NCBI RefSeq assembly: GCF_964204645.1
Contig: NC_134029.1
Location: 15,122,950-15,186,949 of the forward strand
Length of the DNA stretch: 64,000 bases
Direction: 5' to 3'
Origin: Tubulanus polymorphus
Lineage: Eukaryota > Animalia > Nemertea
A model generated the notes under the pieces. That model saw only the letters and a list, made by a program, of their open reading frames with translations, did not search any database and was not told where the DNA came from. Of this stretch, positions 11,213 to 21,900 are shown piece by piece (position 1 is the first letter of the stretch; each line of letters begins with the position of its first letter). The position numbers and the translations under genes are program-made.

Positions 11213-12460
11213 CTAATATTGAATACTATCTAACTGTGAATTTACAATATTTAATTGCGCGTCAGATATAATATAAATATGCATTTTGAAATTTTTGTCC
11301 CCTTTTTTCTTCGCCATGAATAATTGTATTCCATCTTTAGTGTTTTGTAATTTTTTTCCAGAACCATGTAATGAATTATCCTCTGTTGTTCTAAAATCTA
11401 ACCATAATGCATATTTATTGCCGGTATAATAATCAATTTGATTAATATTACAATTTTCTAATGATTTTACTTTTTCATTCATAAAATGTTTTCTAATTTC
11501 TGGCCACTGATCTATCATTCTCATTCCTTGGCAAAATATTTTATTTGCTATTCCTTCGATAGTTATTTCTACTTTTGTTATTTCAGGATTATAATAATTA
11601 TCTACCTTTATTGCACCATTAAAATATGTTGCAATGGTAAAAAATATTAATATACCTTTAATAGATCTTCTTGGGAAGTTAATATTCTCATTAATTATTT
11701 CATCATTTGCATTAATAGTTACGGTTTTAAATTTATCAATATAATCATATAATAATGAAAATCCTTGATTGTATTGAGTTTGAATTGTGCTAGCAATATT
11801 TTCATTAGTTACTGTGTTATATTCTAAACATATATTCGATAATTTATAACCCATATCTTTAACAACGCTAGATAATACAATTTCATTTACAGGAGCAAAT
11901 GTTATCTCAAATATAATATCTTCTTGAATTGCGTATTTATATAAAGGTGCATTATTATTTATCAATTCAAAATCTAATGGAATTTTATATTTGCTTCCAT
12001 AAATCTTTTTAATCAAATTATCTGTGGCACGAGTTACTATTGCGTCATTAGCTCCTGATCTTAATTTATTATGGTTTTCCGATTGGATGCCTTGAAATAT
12101 CATATTATTTCTATTTTCTTTAGTTAACCATAAATCTTTATAATGCATAAATAAATAATAATCATCTAATGAGAAAACTGTTTCCGGACCAATCTTTATA
12201 GTTAATTTTTTAATCAAATATCTTCCAACATTATCGACAACATAATTATTATCATGACCAGTTACTTTTATATCAGCTGATAAATAAATACTATTTGGAA
12301 CATAAAAAGTATTTTGTGTTAATCTAGGAATTCTAACATATAAAGTTTCATCGGCATTAATATTTGAAGGGTTATTAGTAATTATATGATGTGATCTTTC
12401 TGCTTTAATAGCATTAGATATTCTAGAAATCTTAGAAGGACTTATATAACTCCCACTCAT
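11213..12460 (-). CDS. Major capsid protein (double jelly roll), 415 aa
   Basis: Size, beta-rich pattern, YALWLDFRT..D..LHGSG motif typical of animal Polinton capsid genes; next to integrase and ATPase. Confidence 0.8.
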   Translation of the reverse strand: MSGSYISPSKISRISNAIKAERSHHIITNNPSNINADETLYVRIPRLTQNTFYVPNSIYLSADIKVTGHDNNYVVDNVGRYLIKKLTIKIGPETVFSLDDYYLFMHYKDLWLTKENRNNMIFQGIQSENHNKLRSGANDAIVTRATDNLIKKIYGSKYKIPLDFELINNNAPLYKYAIQEDIIFEITFAPVNEIVLSSVVKDMGYKLSNICLEYNTVTNENIASTIQTQYNQGFSLLYDYIDKFKTVTINANDEIINENINFPRRSIKGILIFFTIATYFNGAIKVDNYYNPEITKVEITIEGIANKIFCQGMRMIDQWPEIRKHFMNEKVKSLENCNINQIDYYTGNKYALWLDFRTTEDNSLHGSGKKLQNTKDGIQLFMAKKKGDKNFKMHIYIISDAQLNIVNSQLDSIQY

Positions 12461-12480
12461 TTATTTAACAAAAAACTTAA

Positions 12481-13916
12481 TTATTTATTTTTTATTATTT
12501 TTTCTTGATATCTTTTTGATATCATATTCACTAACCCAAAAATAATAGCACTTACAACTGTAATTAAAAATAAAATAATATGTTCAGCAGCAAAGTTAAG
12601 AATATTCCCAGCAGATTTCAATATAAAACCAACAATTGATGCAATAATTCCTGGTAATGCTGCAGCAGATTTTTTAGATAGTTCCCATAAATATTTTGCT
12701 AATTTCTTTAAACCATCCTTAACTTTATCTTGTATAGAATTATTGCCTGGAGGTTTATCTGGTTTATTGGGAGTGGGAGTAGGAGTAGATTTTAAAGCAT
12801 TTGATATAGCTAAACCTATTGTTGTAAATAACATAGTTACAGCTGTTAGAATTGAAAGAATTGTTATTCCTTCTAATTTAAATAATAACTTTATTCTATC
12901 TTTTAATGATATTTCAGAATTTTTTTTAATCTATTAATATTATAATCATATGATTTTAATAATAATTTAATTTCTTCTTTCTGTACTTCTAAATTATCTT
13001 TTAAATTACTAATTTCTTTTTCTAAACGTAATTCTTTTTGCCTATATTCTATTTCATCAATTACTTGATGATGTAAATCAGACTTTATTTGTTCTATTTC
13101 TTTATTTGCATTAGTTAATTCTTTTTCCAAATACATAATTTTTTGATCTCTTATACTTTTATTATGTGCAATTTTATCAGATGCAAGTCTTATACTAATA
13201 ATTTCTCTAATTGCTTTATCAGAAAATATATTTAAATCTTCTAATTCTTGATCTGTTGCATCGAGTAATCCATTCGGTAAAAGTTTTTCAATTGGAACTT
13301 TATTTGATTTAAGTTTACTATTTTTGGAAGTTTTATTCTGTTCAGAAGTTGTTTCTGTTTCTGATTTCTTTTTGATTATTTTAAATAATTCATTAATTCT
13401 TTGTTTAAATACGTCTATATTATCATCTATTTCTTTTTGTGTAACATCAGTTATTTCATTACTAATACTTATTCTCTTAATTCTATCTGGATCTAAATCA
13501 CTCAAAGTTGATTTTGTTAATATTTTATTTTTATTATTTTTATGAGTGATGGCAATATAATAATCATCTTTCAAATGATAATAACATTTACCATCATCTA
13601 AAAATTTTAATTTATCTACTAAAGGTCCGACGTCTTCATCATTTATGTTAAGTTTAGAATTTTCAATTAAATCTTCTAATTTAGCTATTTTGTTTAAATT
13701 ATCTAAATCTTGTTTTACTAAATATGGGTCTAAATTTTCGGGATTTAATTGTGATTCAGCATTTTTAATATAATCAGGCATATTCAAATTATTATTATAT
13801 TCTGGCTCATTACCAACATTAAAACTTGTTTCATCAAAATCAGGTGGTTGTTCATCAGTTATACCAGGTTCATCAAAAGGATCCATTCCAATATCTTCTC
13901 CACCTTCTACATCCAT
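12481..13916 (-). pseudogene. Large acidic/coiled-coil protein with C-terminal hydrophobic (TM) segments, frameshifted near 12905
   Basis: ORFs 12903-13916 and 12481-12834 join; long heptad region then LSILTAVTMLFTTIGLAI and IILFLITVVSAIIFGLV. Confidence 0.75.
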
Positions 13917-13932
13917 TTATATAATAAAAAAA

Positions 13933-15234
13933 TTAAAATTTAAAATATAATATTCCTCCTATAACAATTCCTATACAAGTTAAAGCTAATTTAGTATTTT
14001 CATGTAATTTATTGTCATTATCAGTTTTAATTATATTATGTTGAATATTATCAGTTTTAATATTTTCTGATGTACTATAATCTTTTATTTTAGAATCATT
14101 ATTTAATTTAATATTCTTAGTTTTAGTTTCAGTTGATTGAATGTGTTTTTTAATTTTTTCGCCTTCCATTAATTTTGGAGCAGTAATAATCTTTTTATTT
14201 ATATCATTCAATCCAAATGAATTATTTATTGTTGCAGTTTTAATTAGATTATTATAACCAATTATATTTCCCATCTTTAATACTAAATCATTAGAAATAA
14301 TTAATAGATTAGGGCCTGTACAATAATTAAGCCTTACATGAGATTTATCTGAATAATTTTGATATCTTATAATATTTTCTGGAATCGATCTATTTTTATC
14401 ATTATGAATTGAATCTTCAAATAATACTTTGAATTGTTTCTGTGCATCGAATGAAGTGTTATCATTTCCAATTATTGGGGATCTTGTTTCAACTTGTGCA
14501 CCTAAAATACATATCAAATAAATTCTAATAGATTGATTTATTCTTTGTATACCTGATTTTGTAAAACCTTCACCATTTTCTAAAATGAAATTAACCCAAC
14601 CATTATTATTATCAATTTTATAATTATGATAAGCTGAAATTCTATGCATATTATCAATTCTTTTTATTTCAAACTCTTCACCAACACCTTGCAATTTACC
14701 ATGCGCTCTGAAATCGGAATTAATATTTATATTAAATTCATTACATATTTTATAAAACTTAGATATATTAATATTATTATCCAATTCTTTAAACTATTTA
14801 GACCCGGGTAAAGGACATTCTAATTCATTTAATATTATTCTGATTTGAAAATATGTGTGAAATCTAAATATTGTGTGAATTAATTTTAAATCAGAATACT
14901 TCAAATTTTATCTAAGCTATTTAAATGATTATTCCAACTTATTCCACATCCTGTTGTTGCACAATAAACAGCAAAATCTAATTGGTTCTGCCAATATTTC
15001 ATATTAGATTTTACTTTATATATATGATATTCATCTCGAGTAAAAGTAACTTCATATGTATTAAATATATTTTCCATTTTAGAAATAAAAAAACTGTGAT
15101 TCAGTAACATAAATTTCTAAATTAGTTAATGAATTTAAAACTACATTTTTATATGTAATATTTTTCTTAAAATCTATTGCCGGAATATTATATTTAATTG
15201 ATTTATTATATTGGACAGCTTTTGGAAACCCCAT
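13933..15234 (-). pseudogene. ~433-aa conserved protein (YWQNQLxFAVYCATTGCG motif) with C-terminal TM anchor
   Basis: TAAATG at 15234; two compensating frameshifts and one TAG; ends LALTCIGIVIGGILYFKF; homologue at 48753-50357. Confidence 0.75.
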
Positions 15235-15250
15235 TTATATAACTAAAAAA

Positions 15251-15685
15251 TTAATAATTAACTAATTCTTTTAATAATTTATCTTGTTCTTCAACTGTTA
15301 TATGACCATTTAAACTTATGATATAATCTAGTGTGTTCTTTAATTTATTAATTTCTTTTATATTAGTTTTAATTTTTTCTTTATTACTTTTTATATTTGA
15401 TTTTGAACTTATACCGGTTAAAACACTTGAACTTAATCCTAACACACCAATTGATATAGCTAAAGGTGTTAATGGACTGAATATTGCTAAAAATGTTATT
15501 ACAGAACTAATTGTAACCGAACCACTTATAATCAAATAATATATAATTTTACTTTTTAGATATTTTTTCTTTTTAACTTTTAAGTCACTTTCAAATTCTA
15601 ATATTTGTTTTTCTAAATATGTTTTTAATTTAGTTTTATTTATATCATGAGGAATAATATCAATACTATCAACTTTATCTTCCAT
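15251..15685 (-). CDS. 144-aa coiled-coil protein with two TM helices
   Basis: IIYYLIISGSVTISSVITFLAIF and LAISIGVLGLSSSVLTGI; homologue at 48305-48736. Confidence 0.8.
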   Translation of the reverse strand: MEDKVDSIDIIPHDINKTKLKTYLEKQILEFESDLKVKKKKYLKSKIIYYLIISGSVTISSVITFLAIFSPLTPLAISIGVLGLSSSVLTGISSKSNIKSNKEKIKTNIKEINKLKNTLDYIISLNGHITVEEQDKLLKELVNY

Positions 15686-15705
15686 TTATTTAGCAAAAAA
15701 AATTA

Positions 15706-16128
15706 CTAATTAGTAAATTTATATGCTACAAATATAACAATAACAGTTCCACCTAAAATCCATATTATTTCATATTTCTTCTGTTCATTACTTGGGGTAT
15801 AATAATCTGATAATTTAGGTTTGTATAGATGTAATTTTTCTTTATTAGTTACCGCGTTATATAAACTCATTGCATCATCGACTGATTGAAAATCTCTATG
15901 TGAAATCTTCTGATCATATAATTCTTTGTTAATATAATCCATATAGTTTTGCCTCTTTTCTCTATATTCTTCTGCAGCTTTATTATATTTCTCTAACGCT
16001 AAGTTATGTCTTCTTTGTTCTCCTAATGAACTATTTTTATCAATATGTTTAAATAAATAACCACCACCAGTAAATGCTAAAGCGTTAACAATTGCCGATC
16101 CTATAATAGTTATAATTGCAGAAGCCAT
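15706..16128 (-). CDS. 140-aa protein with N-terminal Gly-rich hydrophobic segment and C-terminal TM
   Basis: MASAIITIIGSAIVNALAFTGGGYLF...RHNLALEK...IIWILGGTVIVIFVAY. Confidence 0.8.
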   Translation of the reverse strand: MASAIITIIGSAIVNALAFTGGGYLFKHIDKNSSLGEQRRHNLALEKYNKAAEEYREKRQNYMDYINKELYDQKISHRDFQSVDDAMSLYNAVTNKEKLHLYKPKLSDYYTPSNEQKKYEIIWILGGTVIVIFVAYKFTN

Positions 16129-16152
16129 TTATTTAACAAAAAAATTATGTAT

Positions 16153-16374
16153 TTATATGGGAGGAATATATTTTTGTTTTTCCAAATAATCAATTGTTAA
16201 ATTAGATAAAGTAACTGCTAATGTTAATTTTAAAATATCATTTATATCAAATCTATCAACATTAACACTTCCCATTTTGAATACTTTTTTTAATACCATT
16301 GAATAAGCAACAGTTCCAACTGATAGTAAGGCGCCATTATATAATCCAGTTATTATCCACTTATTATCACTCAT
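16153..16374 (-). CDS. 73-aa small hydrophobic (membrane) protein
   Basis: TAAATG start; two hydrophobic helices; homologue at 47618-47838. Confidence 0.75.
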   Translation of the reverse strand: MSDNKWIITGLYNGALLSVGTVAYSMVLKKVFKMGSVNVDRFDINDILKLTLAVTLSNLTIDYLEKQKYIPPI

Positions 16375-16377
16375 TTA

Positions 16378-16731
16378 TTAATCAAAAAAATTACTATCTT
16401 CAAAATATTTAGTTATCTTATTTATGATTAATTCAACATTTATTTTATTACTAGTTTCATTTGTATATATTTCAATTATTATTTTTTTAATATCATCGAT
16501 GATAAAATCTTCATCTAATTCATAAAATCTTAAAGGTTCTCTAATTAAATTAGTAATCTTTTCTATATTTAAAGTTTCTTTATCTATTGTTTTTTCATAC
16601 TTAAATGTTGTTTCATTAGAAAATGCAATATTTTTGATTTGTGTAATTACATCATTAATGTTAAATTTCATTTCTTTCTCACGTTTAAAATCAAATCCAA
16701 AACATATACTCGGTCCAACAGTTATATTCAT
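16378..16731 (-). CDS. 117-aa hypothetical Polinton protein
   Basis: TAAATG start; homologue at 47262-47614. Confidence 0.7.
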   Translation of the reverse strand: MNITVGPSICFGFDFKREKEMKFNINDVITQIKNIAFSNETTFKYEKTIDKETLNIEKITNLIREPLRFYELDEDFIIDDIKKIIIEIYTNETSNKINVELIINKITKYFEDSNFFD

Positions 16732-16747
16732 TTATATATCAAAAAAA

Positions 16748-17549
16748 TTACTCTTTACATCTTATAACTAATTCATATATCACAGGAAAATTATTCAAAT
16801 CAATTAAATAACCATTATGATTTCTTATTTCTAATTTAGAATTATTGAAATGTGGAATACAAGGTTTAAAATCACATTCAGCTAAATTATAATTTATTTG
16901 CGTTCCAAATTGTTTAACGTTCTTCAATGGTAAAATATTTAATATACTAGAATTACATGTTGTATCTTTAGTTGCTTCGAATGTTTTTGTAGGATCGATT
17001 AAATTGCAATAAATATAAAAGTGTGTAAAAGGTATTATATTTGAGTTACCGTGTATGTTTACACCAATAAAATTATTTGGAGTAATTCCTAACAGTTTAG
17101 CTATAGGTTTTTTTTACCGTGTAAGTATGTCTTCTTGTCATCATTACATCAGATTTAACAAGTTTAATAAGTTCATCATCAAACTTTATTTTAATTTTAT
17201 TAGAGCTCTCACTTTTTATGAATTTAATATTAAATTTAGAATTACCATTACCTAATCTAATCCGAGCTTTTCTATTAATTTCTTGCTCTAATGTTTCTAA
17301 ATTATATAATCCTGGTGTAAGCATAAGTTGAATCCATTTTTTTTCAAGTTTATCAAAAATAAGAAGGCTTCTATGTTCATCAGTTTTATCTGATATATTG
17401 TAAAATGAGTTACATAAACTTATATTTACTAATTTTAAATCAACACAATTCTAAAATTCTCTATCTAATTGAACTAGTAAATTATGAGATTTATAATTTG
17501 TAAGTCTTCTAGAATCAACAAATATTCTGTATTCTTTTAATTCTACCAT
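16748..17549 (-). pseudogene. Penton (minor capsid protein, single jelly roll)
   Basis: Reconstructed: IFVDSR...SFYNI...PGLYNL..L...LLG...FYIYCNLID...ILNILP...LEIRNHNGYLIDLNNFPVIYELVI; one stop and one frameshift. Confidence 0.8.
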
Positions 17550-17617
17550 TATTTATAACATAAAAAAATTACCTCTCATCACTAAAAATTAATTTTAATA
17601 AAATTTTTCCTAAATAA

Positions 17618-18930
17618 ATGGATGAGAAGATAGGATGTGAAATTTGTGGTGAACTTCTAAGAAAAAGTAATATGGCTCGACATATGAAAAAACATGATGA
17701 AAATTATAAACCCCCTAAAATAAAATGTCCAAAATGTAATAAATTATTCTCAAGAAATTATGTTAAAAAACATTCAGAGAAGTGTAGAATTAATGGCGCA
17801 ACGGCTAATTTTGATAGTAATGAAAGTAATAGTAATTCTGCTGAAGTTGAACCTGAAGTTATTTGGAAAAGACCTTTCTTATTCTATGATAAGGATAATA
17901 TAAAAGATCATTTCTGCGAACCTTGTCGAATAAAATATAGCCCTGAAAATATAGAAGATTGGGAGAAACATCAATTTCGTAAAGTACATATAGATAAAAT
18001 TTCTAATAAATTTGAAACTGAATTTAATGAAAGAAAAAATAATTTATTAGAAAAAATAAAATATGAGAAAACGTTACCAGATAATGAAGAAACAGTTGAA
18101 AAGTTAGAAAAACAATATAATGAATTAACAAGAAAAACATATTATTGTAAATATTGTAAATTGATTATTACAACAAGTAATTATAAATCTACATGATAGA
18201 ACAATAAAACGTAAGAAAATACCAAGAGCTTAATAAAGATCTATTACCAATAAATTATAAACAAAAATGCCCACAATGTATTTATGCGACCTTAAGACAA
18301 GAGGGTACTGAGATATTTTGTGTTGATGTTGATTGTGGATGGCGAAAGAATTTATGGGGTGGAGAAAAAACTAGAAAATTTCCCTTAGAACCAAAATTAG
18401 ATTATCTAGATGAAATTTTTAGAATATTTTCTATAGAAGATCATACACCAGAATATATGCAATGGCTTGAAAAAATGAAAATAATAGAAAATAAAAATGG
18501 TGAAATAACTAAAAAAGATATTATAAAAACAATTATTCCACCAACATTTAACACAAAACAAAAGAAAATGTATTTATATTTATTATTTAACGATTATTAT
18601 GAAAAACCTAAATTAACAGAAGAAGATATGGAAAATATAAAAAAAATATTCGAACAAATATTATTGTATTATTTGGAAAATAGAATAACAGATTCAATAA
18701 ATTATGAATTCTTTTTAAATAAGATTACAAATTATTTAAACATCGATATTATAATTCCATTTGATGAATTAACAAACAAAAAGAAACAAAGAGAGCGAGA
18801 TGAAATGTGGAACAAGATAGAACTTTATTTAAATAAGAAAAATGGAATGGAAGAAGAACCTGAACAATTAAATGAAAATGAAGAAGCCAATAGTGATTTC
18901 GAGTATGATGATATTGATTTTATGTTTTAA
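17618..18930 (+). pseudogene. Multi-C2H2 zinc-finger protein with acidic tail (frameshifted near 18190-18220)
   Basis: CEIC..H, CPKC..H, CEPC..H..H, CKYC; homologue at 45155-46576. Confidence 0.75.
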
Positions 18931-21900
18931 TGACCATAAGGTAATGTTTTTATACCATCATCTAAAATATGCCTTTTATCATCAAATGGATTTAAACTAG
19001 TTTTTTTCAACTTCATTAATGTACATCTCATGATCTTCTGATCTTAAACAATTCATTTTGTGTTTCATTACAATTGATTTATATAAACACTTTATATAAT
19101 CTTGAAATTCTATATGTTTATCAACCACATGTTTTGTTATTCCTTTTAACTTTTTAGCTTCATGATCTTTTGTTCTGTAACTATACATTTTACTTCTTAT
19201 CCCAACAAATTCAATCATTTCATCACCCCCTAATTCATTTTTAAATTTACCAGGAATCTTTTTATTATCATTGCTAAATAGTTCATGATCTTTGGGATAA
19301 TTGCTAAAATCAAAATGATGTTTTAATGTTTTTAAGTCTTTTGTTATGTCATTTGTCTTGATTTTTAGTATGTAGGTGTCCGTATTTTTGGCTATTAATG
19401 GAAATCCACAGTTAAATGTGCCATCTTCAGTTGATAAATCATAAACATAATCTGTTGGGTTACATATTTCAAATAAATCTTTAACTTCTTCTGTTAACTC
19501 ATTTTCTACATGGCTTAAATTAAAGCAATTTGGTTTAGATTTAATCAATCCAATATTCATATTAAAACCTAATGAATTGCATAATATATTTAATCCTGAT
19601 ATAGCAACTTTTCCTTTTTGAGCTAAAGATATTGTTTTGCGGTTTTTGAAACTTTTAGTACCATCTGCTGCGTAGAATCCAATGAAGAACCATTTTCTTA
19701 AATTATCTTTTGCATTTAATGCATAATCTGGAACTATCTTTTCTTTTGTTGAAGTATTACTTTTAACTATTGCATGAATATAGAATTCATCATTATATTT
19801 TATAGCAAAATCTTTAGGATTATTTACAAGTATTCTATAAACTGCTGTTGATTTCATATGATCCACGATTCTAAATATTTTATGTGAATAAACTTCTTCA
19901 CAAAATTTCTTTATTCTTTCTAATAATTTTAAGTCTTGATTGCATAAATACCAGCAATATTGAGTGCGATTAACATAATTATACACACCTGCTGAACCAT
20001 CACCCATGAAAAATCCTTTGATAAAATATTTCTTTTTCTTCTAATGTTTCGGGTTCTATATTATAAATATTATCAATAATTTCATCAAATGACATATGAT
20101 TCATTCTTTGGAAAAATCTTTTATGTAATAATTCATCTCCAATTTTTATATCAGTTGGTTTTATTTCATCGCCATTTCGTTTAATTAAACTATGATCTTC
20201 TGTAACATCTACAAATCCTAATTTAGTTCTAACTCTATAGATTTTCTTATTTGTTTTATGTCTAATAATATTCTTTAATTTTTTCCATCCATTTCTTGTC
20301 CAAACATCCATTAAACCATTTATTTGTATTAATTCTTTTTCTCCATATGAAATATAACATTCATTTTGTTTTGGAATTATTTCTGAAATTCTTCTTATCA
20401 ATATTTTATCATTACATTTTAATAATATTGGGGTGTCAGCTGTTACAGAATCAAAATATAATATTTCAATATGCTTTTCCCCAAAAAGTGGTTGTAAAAC
20501 ATTATAATAAAAATCATACATTAATAATTTTGATACTTCTAAAACAGTCGAACCAATAAATATAGGTTTATTAAATTTCATTGATGTTCTTTTTAATTTA
20601 ACTGCTGTTAAATAATCTTCAAATCTTTTATTTCCTAAATGTCTAGGACTTGATTGTAAATGTCTTAATCTTTCAGAATTATTCACTAATTCAATATCAT
20701 TTCTATTTCTAATATTTTCACATGTTTTACCATAAAAACTATTATTCATTAATTTGAAGAAATCTTTTTCAAAATCTGTTTTTGATATTGTTCTCTGTTG
20801 AGTATTGAAATCTATATATTTTTCTAACCACTTCGATTGATTAAATTCAATATATCTATGTACTTTCTTTAATTTCATTCCTTGTTTTAGATAAAATTTT
20901 AACATTCTATAATGAACAATATAATTGTATTTATTATTTTGAGTAAGTATTAATTTTTCTGTAAAAACATGATCTTTCGGTTTTATTTTCTTCTGGTATT
21001 CACTTAAATAACTATCATCTACAGTTAAATGTTCTGGGCAATAAGGTAAGTTTCTTGTTTTAAACTTTATATTTTCAGGATATTCTAAATCAACTACAAA
21101 GAAATAACCAATTGGTGCTTCATCTTTTAAACTCGCAATTGCGCTTTCCCAATCAGTTTTATCACCATTTTCAACTTCTGTTAATATAAAATTTTTATAT
21201 GGTTGAGGTTGCATCATTGCCCAACCATATAAATTATTGGCATCAATATATAATGATTTATATTCATCATTTGCTTTAAAATATCTATCTCCCATAACAC
21301 CACTAATTCCACCTCTAATTGATTTTTCAAATAATAAAATCATATCTGGTTCTTTTAATAAATCTAATTCTACATTTGTATATTTTAAACCACATTGCCA
21401 GGTTAAACCAGGACTAGAGTAGCAATAACAAGGATCAACATTAAAATGATTCAAATTAACTTCTCTAAATTTTTCAAATATGTCAGCCAATATCATAACA
21501 TCTGATTTTAAATATAAATCAACTAATTCACCATGATTTTTCATCTTAAAATGGTTCCAAATATTTAATGTTCTATTAAACACTTCGTCTTTCACATACT
21601 CCTCTTTTAATTGATCATAAAATTGATCTTTCAATAATTCTGTTACATTAAAATCATTGTGTGTTTTATAAAATGAATAAGGAATTGCGCCTTTATATCT
21701 CAATAATTTAAAATCTTGTTCATTTGGATAATAATATCGAGTTATAACAAAATCATTATCAACTAAACTTTTTGATAAATTATCTAATGAACTTGCTAGA
21801 AATCTATAAGAATCTAAAAATCTAATGCAACCAAATTGAAATGAAATATAATTTTCAGATGTTTTAGCTAATAGTTTAAAATCATATTTTCTTACATTTG

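Noticed and set aside
20000-20040. Programmed frameshift in the intein
   Set aside because: Element C reads EEKKYFIKGFFMGDG in frame; A has a single extra base
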